From assembly GCA_964106645.2 (NCBI GenBank), contig OZ067043.1: 64,000 nucleotides of DNA. The stretch is one strand, 5' to 3'. Below are positions 13,951 through 27,100 of this stretch, in pieces. Origin of the DNA: Podarcis pityusensis (taxonomy: Eukaryota). The stretch's first letter is position 1, and every line of letters starts with the position of its first letter. The notes under the pieces are model-generated. The model searched no databases. It saw only the letters and a list, made by a program, of their open reading frames with translations, and was not told the origin of the DNA. A program made the position numbers and the translations under genes.

Positions 13951-15100
13951 GACTACCAAAGGGGCTCCATTTACTCTGCACTCTCAACTCTGCTGCAAAT
14001 CTGGCCTTTGGGAATAGGCTAACTAACGTTTGCTTTCAAGTCTTAATATACATATATGACTGCAAAGTTGGATGTGTGACTATTTGTGCAGCAACGGAGA
14101 CCACTGCTTTAACACCCTGCTGCTCACCAAAAAATAATCCTGCATTTGCCACGGTACTCATTGGCAACTTACTTTGCCCATTACAGTCCTCCTTGCTTCG
14201 TTCTGAAATGGCTTCCTTTGTTTGCAGTTTTTTGGTTTTGAATAAGTGCCTTGCTACAATGTGTGGCTAGTGGCTTGCTTAGTTCATCAGCTAGGAGCAA
14301 ATTTGCCTAATGGGCTGTAATGGTACAAGTGGGAAGGGACATCATCAATGTGTTAAGAACATTACAAAGCCCTGCTGAATCAGACCAAAGCCCATCTAGC
14401 CTAGCATCCTGTTCATCCAGTGGGAAAGTCTGCAAACAGGACCTGAGTCCTCTCTCCACTCATAACTGGTATTCAGAGGCAATGGAGGATGCAGCTCTTA
14501 TGGGCTGGGAAAAGATGGTGCCATTCATTAAGGGCTGATCTGGACTTCCTTTTGTGCTGCATTTCTCTTTCCTTTGTTCTCTTAATGGTCCATCACCCAA
14601 GCAATCTCCTCAACATAGCCTGGCTTATGTTTTAACACTTGCTGGATCCAGGCGTTAGAAGGATCTTGCATACAGCCTAGTCCCTCCCACCCAAACTCAT
14701 AACAGTACGATAGGCTAAGCTGGCTGATTAGCTTACTGCCTCTTGGTGAAGCTGCCCATGGTGTCCCATCCAGCCACTGATGTAACAATTAATTTTGGAA
14801 CTCGGTAAGAACAGAAGAAGAGCCCCACTGGATCAGAGCAAAGGTCTCTCTAGTCTAGCATCCACTTTCCCACAGTGGCCAGCCAGGTGCCCACAAGTAG
14901 TCCACAAAAGTCCTGCTGTGGAGCCCCAGTGACTGGCATTCAGAGGCCTGCTACTTCTGACAGCAGAGAATGATATATAAGGCATCCTAACTAGCCATGG
15001 ATTGCTTTATCCTCAATGGATTTGTGTAATCTTCATTTAAAGCCATTGTCTAAATTGCTGGCCATCACCACATTCTGTGGTGGTAAATTCCATATTTTAA

Positions 15101-15353
15101 AAATAAAAAAAATCCTTCCAGTAGCACCTTTAAGACCAACTAAGTTAGTTCTTGGTATGAGCTTTCGTGTGCAAGCACACTTCTTCAGATACACTGAAAC
15201 AGAAGTACTTCTGTTTCAGTGTATCTGAAGAAGTGTGCTTGCACACGAAAGCTCATACCAAGAACTAACTTAGTTGGTCTTAAAGGTGCTACTGGAAGGA
15301 TTTTTTTTATTTTGACTATGGCAGACCAACACGGCTACCTATCTGTAACTGGA
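15101..15353. mobile_element. Penelope-like element fragment: inverted pseudo-LTR palindrome plus tail, with 12-bp TSD
   Basis: Penelope-type terminus GTAGCACCTTTAAGACCAAC...GCTTTCGTG...CTTCTTCAGATAC; perfect palindrome 15100-15313; TCCATATTTTAA at 15089-15100 and 15354-15365. Confidence 0.85.
15221..15258 (+). ncRNA. Minimal type-I hammerhead ribozyme motif (Penelope-associated); mirror copy on the minus strand at 15155-15192
   Basis: GTAT-CTGAAGA-A-GTGTGC-TT-GCACAC-GAAA-GC-TC-ATAC: stem I, CUGANGA core, stem II, GAAA, UH. Confidence 0.7.
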
Positions 15354-17970
15354 TCCATATTTTAAGTGCATGGAAAAGTAGAAATGGATCTGAGGAGTCC
15401 CAGAGGCACTATTTTGTTGTATAAAGTGATTTTGTAAGTCTTGTGGAAGCCCAACTCTCAATGCTTTTAAGATAAGCATATTGACATATTGACATCTTTA
15501 GGGACTATGTGTGGATTATAAAATTAGATATTTTAGCCACTTAAATTATTTCAAACTTTAACCATTTTGTGTGTGATTAATAGCTTTGGGCGATTGTTTG
15601 CATTTTGATTGAATATGCCAAATTTCTATTCTATCTGTGTCTGCAACCTCTGGGAGGATAGAAACCATGTCTACTTAATGGCCAAGTCTAAAAAGGATCA
15701 GGCGGTGATATTTTAAATCAGCATATCTACCGTAATTGAAAAAAACTCTTCTTTATTTCAGTGGGACTTTCTTTCAGTTTGTCAGGCTCAAATTCATTTA
15801 TTTAGAAAATGTCTGTACCGCATAACATTTTGCACAAGTGATTTGCAGACATTTTAAAGTACAAATACAAATAAAGATCAGGATGCAATAAATATATTAT
15901 AATACATTTTAAAATGGCAGTATTGTGCCCCAACCCTCATCCTGTTTTCTTAGATGCCCCAGTGTATTTTACTAGATTGCACTGTGTGGATCTGCCCCTG
16001 TGCCTGATATTTAAGGCCGATTGTACAGAACCAGTTGCGTACATTCTTGCCCTCTACTGGCTAAAGTTAGTATATATATTTTTCCATTACTGTTTGGGTG
16101 ACACATTTGCTACTTGCTTGACTTTAAAACAGAACACTTTATAACATCTGATGGATCTAAACATATAGACATGTGTAGGGTAGTTAATGTTTTCAAGAAG
16201 CAGGTAAATATTAAATCTGCAAAAAAAATAAATCAAAATTGTTCCCAAAGTGGGAGGATGTTTTATGACATGAGCAAAGTATTCCTATACACCATTTTTT
16301 GGTGCTGGTGGAACAATGCCAAGAGAACCTCTACCTGAGTCAGTGGACAGTGGAGGTGCCACTAGCCCTGAATCCAGCAAGCTCCTTGCCTGCACCGCTC
16401 CAAGTCCCACCCTAAGGCCAGGTGTAGCCAGATCGTATTGGTTGTCAGTACAGGATTCTGATAAATCCCAAACAATGAAGAAACAACACATGAGACAAAG
16501 TCAAAGCATCTGTTGAGCAGCATCCAACATGAACCAGATCTCGAATGGAAAAGATACATGGGTGGGTTGCCAACTAGTCAACCCAGCAGGGCTCTTTCAC
16601 CTTTGACAGTGGCTCAACAAACAGCAAGGATAGTGGGTTCAGTGCCTCTTGTGGCACCAGCTCCACCTTCACCTGTTGCATAACTGTCTGTCCTGGAGCT
16701 TGCATAGAATAAGTTGGTGAGCAATCTCATGGAAGAACAGCCAAGAACATCCTCTAGTCACTGCTGCTGGTCATGGGGTGGGCCTTCCTTGTGGTCAGGG
16801 GTGAATGCTGTATCTTGGGAGGGTGCCTTGAGGAGAGCAAGGGAAGACAGACAGTCCACCTCTCTCTCTGTGTGCCCTCCTCGGTTTTTCTATTAAAAAA
16901 ACTCAGATCAGGACATACCACACCAGTCAATAAAAAGACATCAGCAAACATTTTCCTTTCCCCCTTGCCTCACGAAGTCACATCAGGGCATATATAAATA
17001 TATTGTCCTTGCAGGAGGAGGTTAAAAATAAAGAAAAGTACTGTCCTGTGACTTTACAAGGAAAAAGGAAACCTTTCCCTGTGTCATAGTGTTAGGAGAT
17101 GTGGAACATCCTGATCTGAGGTTTCTTTCGGGAAGATGTGGGTGTGGGGAGGTGAAGTGATTCCATGAGGGAAAGGCAAAAACCACTTTTGTTGACGCCA
17201 AGATGTTAATGGGTGAGGAATGTCCTATGTGGGTTCCCCAATGTGTCACTTTATTGGCAGGGGACGTCCTGATCCTGGGGTCCCAGAGACAAAGTAGAAA
17301 AGCTCATTAGCAGCTCCCCGGTAAGCAAGTGGAGATTGTTCTCCCAACCAGGAGTCTCCATAAGGAGAGAGAAGGTGCTTATTAATAACTTTATGTTAGC
17401 TGGCAGTAGGAATGCCCTGATCTAGCTGCTTTCAGGGGAGCCACATTAACCTGATAGCTCTCCTAGGTCATGTTTCCTTACCTTTCTGCTCTGCCAACCT
17501 TATCCATGCAATCTAAATTGGGTCCACCTTGGACACATACCTCAGGCCTTGGAACGCAGCCCGTAACTATGTCTCTAAAAGTGTGTTATGTGGAATATGC
17601 ATTCATTTCCTGGCTATATAGCCTTCCCTTAGCCCAGAAATCAGCACATATAACGCTTGTGAAGTGTCTGACCTTTATGGGAATTGCATTGGACGATGGA
17701 GAATAGGGAGCGAGGAAGCAATTTGTTCCTGTTTTCTGACCTGCTTAATTTATGCTTTAGGTTACAGAAAAGTTCTCAGAGGATTACTCAGCAGCCAGAA
17801 GGCACAGGCGCTTTAGAACTGAGCTCACTTGCTGGCGTGAAGAGCCTCAGGCCATCTTCTATTCCCAGCTAGAGAGAACGAAAGTCGGGTTGTTTCTCCA
17901 TTCGTGGCTTAGCATCTAAGAGAGACGGGCAGAGACACACAGAGAGGTGCTCCAGTGCCTCTGCTGCACC

Positions 17971-18169
17971 ATGGTGGTGCAGAATAATCTGGACCTTGGG
18001 GATTCTAGAAAATGGATTGTGCTGGAGCCATTTATCCACCAGGTTGGAGGCCACATGAGCATGATGAAGTATGATGACTACACTGTCTGCAAACCCCTCG
18101 TCTCCCAGGAGCAATGGTTCTACGAGACTCTCCCTGCAGCAATGAAACGATTCACACCTCAGTACAAAG
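17971..18169 (+). CDS. IP6K3: IP6K3 coding exon 1 (MVVQNNLD...FTPQYK); exon probably starts at 17761 with 210 nt of leader
   Basis: gcaccATGG Kozak context; donor AAG|GTAGGC at 18170; acceptor tttatgctttAG ends at 17760. Confidence 0.95.
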
Positions 18170-21100
18170 GTAGGCTCAAGACCCCAGCATCTACTGGAAA
18201 GTAGGTCCCTTTGAATGTTGAGTAAACATAATTGAAATCAGGCCGCAAGATTCAATGTTAATGCAAGAAAGAGGGTTTGCATTCAGTGATTGGTGTTTAT
18301 TGCATGGTTCCCAGAGGGGTGCCGTCTGTTGTTCCTCATCATCAGTTACCAAAGCTGAAAGAAAAGAGTGTGGTGGGGGGAACAGCAACAGTGGTGATGG
18401 ACTTTGCCAATAATGCATTTTGGTGAGGAAGGCTTGCCATCCCCTTCTTCCCCATGCAGATTAGACCACTAATAATTTTTAATTTCTGTCTGATCAGGGT
18501 TACAGGAATTGTCAGTGCTCAGTACTCCACTGTCAGTGCTGTGCCTGCGTCAATCTCACAGTCACAGCCTGTAGCCGAAGACATTGTGCAAGCAGAACTA
18601 GAAACTGCTCGGTCTACAATTACACGATTGCTTTCTGCAGTACAAAAACACCTGTGCCATGGAGAAATTATTTGCTGCTGAAAAGTAGCCAAAATATGTA
18701 GGCCAGTTGTTGTTTGCTGCTTGTGAAGGAAAATGAAATTTGATACACAAGTGAAAACATGGGGCTAGATCTAACATTCGTCATGCTAAGGTTGTGTACG
18801 CATTACTGTTTACTGTGACTCCAATGGGCTCCCACTGCTGGTGTTTGAAGCCATGTATGTGTGACAGTAGCCACCATCCAACTATACCCTGTAGTTTACT
18901 GAGATTGGTGCACTTTCTCTCAAACCAGTTTCCATTTGATTTGAAAACAAAAACCATGATTAAGCTGTGAAGGTGAAAGCAAGAAGAGGTGACTTCACCA
19001 TTATAAAATGTTGCCAACTTTTTGTACAGCAGGGATGGGAACTTGTAGCCCTCTGACCAATGGTCAAGGATAATGGGCGTTGTAGTCCAGCAGCATTTGG
19101 AGAGACACAGTTTTCCCATTGCTGTTTTATCAGGTCAGGCTACAACCCATACAGTGGTACCTCGGGTTAAGAACTTAATTCGTTCCGGAGGTCCGTTCTT
19201 AACCTGAAACTGTTCTTATCCTGAAGCACTACTTTAGCTAATGGGGCCTCCTGCTGCCACCGTGCCACTGCTGTGTGATTTCTGTTCTAATCCTGAAGCA
19301 AAGTTCTTAACCCGAGGTACTATTTCTGGGTTAGCAGAGTCTGTAACCTGAAGCGTCTGTAACCCGAAGTACAGTGGTACTTGCAAATCATTACTTTCAT
19401 GCTAGCTGTGCCTTTGTATGAACAAACATCTGCAAGCCCCCAAAAAGGTTGTTGTGAGGACTGCAATCTCAGGTGGTCAGGAAACTTCACAGGTACATCT
19501 GGGAACGAGACATGAAAAAACAGGAGGGAAAGAGGATGGAAGACAAGAGGGGTGGATCAAGCTCCTTTCAAAGATACAGAAACAGGAAGAGAAGGGGAAA
19601 CCCATTTACAACGGAGAGGCGAGGCCTCTGGTGTCCTCCTCATTTAGAATTTCCCTGTTGACACTGCAAATATCTCACTTGTTGCAATGTCTGTTTGTAA
19701 GTAATACTACCTGGGATTCACGGTGTTTATTTCCATTTGAGGAGGCCTCTGTGCACATTTCACCTCCCATAATGAGACTGCATCTGAGAATGAGACAAAC
19801 AGGCCTTTAGCTGAGCATTAATAGACACACTTTTTGTTGATAAAATGTCTTTGAAACGGCAACGGCAACAGCTACTGTTACAAGCCACCCCAACCCTTCA
19901 GTATACATGCACTTTTAGTTTTAATTCTGACAATGAGTGCTACTTGTTGACAATGGTGGGTTGGTTTGTTCTTAAGGTTGCAATTTTAATTGTCCATCCC
20001 TTTCTTCTGAATACAGTGATACTTCGGTTTAAGAACAGTCCGGTTTAAGAACGATTTGGTTTACAAACTCCGCAAAACCGGAAATAGTGTCTTGCTTTGA
20101 GAACTTTACCTGGGTCTAAGAACGGAATCCGAACGGTGGAAGGGCACCAGCGGCGGGAGGCCTCATTAGGGAAAGTGCGCCTCGGTTTAAGAACGGTTTT
20201 GATTTAAGAACGGACTTCCGGAACGGATTAAGTTCATAAACCAAGGTACCACTGTAGTGTTCTTATGCAGTTACACTGTTACATTGCCATTTCTTTGTGA
20301 TCTGGCACAGACCTTTCATCAAGCACACTGAGACCATTCCAGAAGCACTTCCATCCCCTTACTCAGCAATAATTTGATCTTTTTCTTTAATGAGACCCCA
20401 AGGATTCCCCTACAGAGCTAGGCTGCCACCTTGAATTGGTTTAGAGAGAAACAGGTGCTTGTTTGACAATCCCTCTTCTTGGCAGGAACCCCCCAAATCA
20501 GTGAAGTCTTCTTGCATAAGGTTAATATATTCATGTTGCTGTACTCAAATAAGCTGGTGCACTTCTGTGACTAAGAAGAGCATGACCTGGGAAGGCCAAA
20601 TGACGCCTCTTCTATTAACTCACTAGGTGGTCTTCGGCAGGTCAACCACAGTCAGCTTCAGCTACTACTCCTCCCAGCCTGCAACATGGGGTTGTTGTCA
20701 GGATTACTGATAATAATGGATTGCATCCAACTAAGGTCTGCTGTGAGTAGGACTAGCATTGGATACAGCCCTATGTATGTGATGTAAAGCTTTAAAATAC
20801 TCCATTAAGTGTTATATACAGTGGTACCTCGGGTTACAGACGCTTCAGGTTACAGACGCTTCAGACGCCATTAGCTAAAGTGGTACCTCAGATTAAGAAC
20901 AGTTTCAGGTTAAGAATGGACCTCCAGAACGTTGAAATTTACTGCATGTAACGCTTTGAAAGAAAATGTAATGAAAATGATATATAGATGGTATATGACC
21001 CCAGTCAAACTTGCAAAAATTTACCACCTGACTGACAATAAGTGTTGGAAATGTAAAGAGTGTGAAGGAACATTCTTCCACCTCTGGTGGACTTGCCCTA

Positions 21101-24100
21101 AAGTGAAGGCGTTCTGGGAAATGATTTATAATGAACTGAAAAAGGTATTTAAATATACCTTCACTAAGAAACCAGAGGCCTTTCTTTTGGGTATTGTCGG
21201 CCAAGGGGTGGTAAAGAAGGACCAGACATTTTTTATGTATGCAACAACAGCAGCAAGGATACTACTCGCAAAGCATTGGAAAGCTCAAGATCTACCCACA
21301 CTGGAAGAATGGCAGATGCAACTGATAGACTACATGGAACTGGCTGAGATGACCGGCAGAATTCGCGACCTGGGAGAAGAGAGGACTGAGGAGGATTGGA
21401 AGAAATTTAAGAATTATTTACAAAAACATTGCAACTTGAGTGAATGCTAAACAGGATGTTAGATCAAAATAACTGAGCACCACTAATTTAGATGATTTTA
21501 AGAAAATAAGTGAGATTGAGAAAATATACCGGTAACTCTTTTTGAGAACTAGAAGACTATGAAACATAGAAGGGATATAAGAATGCAAATAAGATAATAA
21601 ATTGCTGACAAAATGTTATAACGATGAAAGTGGGAGCGGGAGATGTGAGGAAGTCCAAAGAAAATGTGAAATTATGTTAAGATATATGTTACATTGTTTA
21701 TTATGTTTATTTTTATTGTAAAACCCAATAAATTTCTATAAAAAAAAAAAAAGAATGGACCTCCAGAACGAATTAAGTTCTTAACCTGAGGTACCACTGT
21801 ACATGCTATTTATCATTAACCAAAGGTGAATGTGAGCTCTCCCCCCCTCTCCATTAGCAACTTGCTGGAAGGCTGTGCTTGTTTAGATGTGAAATCCACG
21901 GTCTTAGAAAGCAAAGTCATGGGGGCAGGGCAGGCAGATGGAATCATCATCAGTCTAAACAACATTAACACTCAGCATTGATCTTTGCCCATTTCCTGCT
22001 CTCCTAAGTCACATTGTAAGGTGAGCCAAGATACAGGACACCAGGCATCTTGTCTGAATCTAACTGGCACTGGGGATCATGTGTCTAGAGCTGACATCAT
22101 CTCCTCTCTCCCAAAGAGGTAGCGCATGCTCGAGAAGGCAAATTCCACTATCTCTCAGCTCACCAAACAGTAATGCTTGCTCTAAAGTGCCAGGTGGGGG
22201 AAGTTCTGACTTCTTTTTTAAGCCTGGGAGAAGGAAAAGTTATTCATCTGATGCTGAAAAGACTTAAAAAGCTACCAGGCTAACCTCTTCCATAGCTAGG
22301 GGTTCATGCCTGGAAAGACCCTCTCCCTCACTTCACTGGGTGGGGGCGCTCAGAACTGGGCCTCTGAAGAGGACCTCAAATATATTGGCATAGCCAATAC
22401 TTAACTGAGGTTCTGCCCTCTCTAAGATGAAGCCTGCCCCCTCCCAACATAAATCCTGGCTACGCCCATGTATACAGGAAAAAGTGTATATGAGCATATA
22501 ACACCCGTGCTTCCCTGTCCTCACTAGCTCCCAAACTGTTTCGGAGACCAATTAAAAATGGCAGTGTTGAACTTTGAAAGAATTACAGTTTGGGACCAGG
22601 GTACCTGAAGAATTGTCCATCACCACTTGAAGCTACCCAAACCTTAAAATTCTCTTTGAAGGGCCTTCTCCAGATACCCCTGCTGAGTGAGGTACAGTGG
22701 GTTTCTACTGGGGAAAGTGCTTTTTCAATGGTGGTACCCTAGCTGTGAAATGCCAGCCTTGGTATCTTTTCTGATTTTTAGCTGTGATCTGGTTTTCGGT
22801 GTTCATCCTTACATGGGCTTCATGGCTGATTTTATGTTCTTTGTTTTCTGTGGATGAACATGTTTAGTGTGTTTGTTTTGCTTTAAAGGATTTTATAGGG
22901 TTGTTGTTGTAAATTGCTTTGGGACTTTTCCTGTGTGAAGCAATTCATAAACTGGATGAGTTGAACCGCACTGAATTTTTGGTGCCAAGCAAAGACCTTT
23001 TCCTGGGATTTTTAATCAGCTAGTTTCTGAGTCCCTATTACCTGTCCCACATGTTTTATTCAAATGTATGAAATTTTAGCTTGTTTTTAATTCTATTACA
23101 AGCTGCCCCGAGAACCAGGCTATTGGGAGGCCTATAAGTACTTAGGAAAGCATAGAGACGCTTATACATAGTTAAGAGATTAAAAAGAAACAAATTAGGA
23201 ATCTAGAAGCATGCTTCTTAAAATCTACAAACAAAATTTTGTTACTCTAATCTACACAGACCCACGATAAAATGTGTTTTGAATGAAACATCTGTGAAAG
23301 AAGAGAGAGCCTTAAAGATCTAAAAGAGCTTGTAATCAATACATTTTCAAAATAGGATCAGGGAAGTGAATTATCAATATGTATTATGGGATAAGAGGCT
23401 CTTAAACTGATATTCTTCTATCAAACGCTTTGCTGCCTGCCTTAACCAAAAAGTTATTATTTCGCTCACTCCCATTATTTTTTCTAAAGCACGTTAAAAG
23501 CAGTTCAGCTCACACACTTCCTCCACTGTTGTTAATTAACTTCCCCCTAGTGACTGTAAGTAAAGCAACAGAAGACAACACTGCCCCAACCCAAACTCCT
23601 TATGCCTCCACCTCTCTCTCTCTCTCTCTCTCTCTGTGAGGCAAGATAAAAAGCATTTCCCTCATGTCCTGGGCTGGCAGATTTCCATGGAAGCATAACA
23701 TATAGAGGTTTTAGAGACAGCACCTGCATTTTAAGGCTTCTCTTTTAGCTCAGCCTCTTGCCAATATTTTGTCTTGGATATGCGAGGTGTTCCCTATTCA
23801 TGACCTAGTAAAGGCAACTAATGCTCCCTCAATGGCCATTTGAGAAAGAGCCTCAGGATGTATCTCTTTACTTTAAAAACATTTTTACATTTCCACAATT
23901 CCAGTGATGAAGCCATGAACCTTGTCTGAGGATCAAGACCCCTCTGCAGATTTTTGTCTTGTCTCCTGCCTCTTTCTTTAGTTTGTCTTGTGCTGCTGTC
24001 TGCATGCTGACATTCCCCATTTCTAGAGTTGGGGGAGGAAAGGAAGGTAGAGGAATTTTCATAGCGCAAGTCTGCTCCCAGGATGGGTTGCACCCAGCCT

Positions 24101-27100
24101 GCTGCCTCAAATGGCCACAGGATTGTTTACTCATGAGTAGGTCTGCCATCAGTTAGATGCTTCAGATATAAATATTTTGGTCAATGCCCAGTAGAGAAGA
24201 TAAAAAGGAAACAAAGCACATAAAACACAATAATATTTGTTAAGTAGAATATTAAATGTGTAGTTTAAAACAATGTTGATACTTTAAAAAACAACCAATG
24301 AAAAATATAAAATAATTATTTTTAAATGGTATAAAACAAGGTAAGGCACTAATAATTCTAAAAGTAATACAAGATACTGTGCAACAAATTTTTAAATTTT
24401 AATTGTATATTTTACTCCCAGAGAGAGGCACTTTTGGGATTTCCTGCCTCAGCTGCCAAAAACACTTGGCCAGCCTTCATTATTATTTACCTTAACGTGG
24501 AGGGAGGGGGTGCCTTTAGCTGTTCAGCCTCAGACAGCGAAATATATTGGGCTGGCTCTGCTCTTTTCCATTAGGCAAAATGGTAGCCTAAATGTCAAAA
24601 GGAATACCTGTCCACTCTCTGGCTTGGATTCACCAGTGTGGCTGGACCTTGGTTCTATTTTTATACACCCTGAAGGCTTCACAGAGGCCTAGGCACCATT
24701 GCGTAAGAAAGCCATTTTGCAAAACTTTGCTTGACTATTGCTACAATCTAGGCTGCAACCATATGTACTTGGGAGTTCAGTGGGACTTACTTCAGAGTAA
24801 ACATGCATAGAATTGCAGTGCCTGTTTACAGAGACGACAGCTCCTTTTATGCATTTCCAACAGGAAAAAATGACCTTGAAACAAGTTTGCTTCTCTCTCT
24901 CTTTCCCAAAGCTGCCTACTGAGAACTACTGTGAAATTACAGATTTGTTTTTCAGGCCAGGTTCTGCCCAGATTCATATTGCACATGGCAGTAAATAAAT
25001 GTGCCTATTAATTTAAAAATATACACACAAGAATGGAGCTAGGGAGCTACATAGCAAAACAGCTTCTGAGAATTGCTGAGATGCTTCTAGCATGCTGATA
25101 CCTTCTATAAATACTCTCTGCCTGACTAATTTGCTATACACATACCCCAACTGAATCACCAGGGGTACCAAAATGAAGGCTAAACCAAGCCTTCAGGATG
25201 TAGAAATCTGGTAACAGCTTTTGCCCCTTCGGTGATACATTCTAAACTGTAGCAAAGCCCATTGCAGAAGCTCATGCACTGAAACCAAGTTGCATGTGCT
25301 GGTGGGTTTTTTGATCATATGTTGCACATACCAGTGAACTGAAGTGCCATGAAACTCTTGGCTAGTTTTGTTGCAAAAGATTAACACACGCGTGCCCCCC
25401 TTCTCTGGAATATGTGACAATTAATTCTCTAGCCCATTCTTCAACTGAGCTTTGCCATAAAAATACTGGTTGGCCATTCCAATTAGTATACACCAACTGC
25501 ATCAGGTCAAGAGAAATAGGTCGTATTTGCAAAAAGTGTGGGTCCCAACCAATTGGTCCCAAACCTCCAAATGTAACTGTTGAGACATGGAAATAAAGTA
25601 TAGGGAAGTGGCTCCCTCATTGCTGCTTTAACCTATGAAAGGTCAACTCACCTTGGATATGTCAGGGTTTTGCCACTAGCTTATTGATCATTGGGAACAA
25701 AGTTTAACAAGTATAGTTAGGGTACAGAACCTCTCCTTCAGAGGTTTTCAAGAAGAATTGAGCTGGCATTCATTACAGATGCCTACAGAATAGGATGCTT
25801 TGCCTCAGATTAGACTGCATGGTCCTTCAGATCCCTTCCAAAATTTCTGATTCTGTTCCAGTGCATGAGTTTTAGGTTATGTTTAAGACTTCTTGGTCTT
25901 GGACAAAATAAGTGTTATGTTATGCAGCCATTCAGTGTCTACTCCCTCCTCCTTGTTTGGCAAACACACACACACACAAAACACTAATTGATTCATGAAC
26001 AAAAATAGATCTGGTGTTCCCCCCCCCCCTTAGGGTATATAGCCAGAGTCAGGACCAAGAATTTCTGCATGTTGAGAGCATGTTAGTTCAGCATTCCCAA
26101 CACCCCATAATCAAGAGGTGGAAATCATACTGATCTCAGATTGTCCAACACTGGCCAATTCTGCTGAAAATAAGAGACCTTTCAGTACTTCTGTCTCTGC
26201 TTTTGGTTTAACTCTGCAGCACAGAAGCTATCTGCTATGGGAGCAACCATTCAAGCACAGCCATATATCTGTGCTGGTCTTATATTTTGAGCAGCTGTGA
26301 AAAAGAGGAGGGCCCCAAGAGTCTTAATGCTGATCACCAAGAGACAACAGCTGCTTAGGATATCTGAGTCAAGCTAGGGAAGCATCTTGAATGTGAAATA
26401 AATGCAGAACTAGGTTAGTAGAGTAAGAAGATGCTGTGCTTTATGAGCATTTCCCCCCCTGTAAGACAGTGGACAGATAACAGCTCCTGGAGTTAACGGT
26501 GCAGGAGATTGCCTACAAAAATACATTTAGGGTGCAATCCAAACCCTCAATCTGCCCTGCTGGAGGGGGATATTGGATGGGGTAGAAGTCTCCATCCACC
26601 CAGCCCACAATAGCTCTGCCAGCATGTGCAAAGAGAGCTCTGTCTGCTGAAGCTGCAGGTAGGTGGAAGTTCTGCTGGTGGGCTTCCAGCTTCTGGCAGC
26701 TTAGGGAAAGCCCCAAAATGGGGCATTGAGGGGCAGGTGAGCTACTGAGCAGGCTCAGGATCTGCTGCCTCCTTAGCCAGATGCCATTTGATGGCGTCAG
26801 GCGCCATCCAGGCTCTGTTCCTCCATCATATCTAACCACTGCTTGGCCGTGGTTTGGATTCCTCTGCCACTCATCAAGTATTGACAAAATCGGGGGTGTT
26901 GGCTATCTCCAGGTTTTGGAATAGAGAAGAAAACCAGGTCCTCATGCTTCATCAAATCTCCTGCACTCGGTATCTGTGGAAGGGGCTAATATGTGGAGCA
27001 ACTTCTGTAAAATGGCTGCCAACACACAGCCGCAGGCCAGAAGGGCATCAGTTGGCAACCCTGCTCTGTCCCGAGTTCCCACCAGAAGATTTGGAAGCCT

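Noticed and set aside
20932-21450. 172-aa ORF as a novel nested gene
   Set aside because: It is an L1 ORF2 C-terminus with no ATG at the 5' truncation point, a polyA tail and a TSD.
23130-23470. YKYLG-containing reading frame
   Set aside because: Multiple stops; at most an old L1-like remnant.
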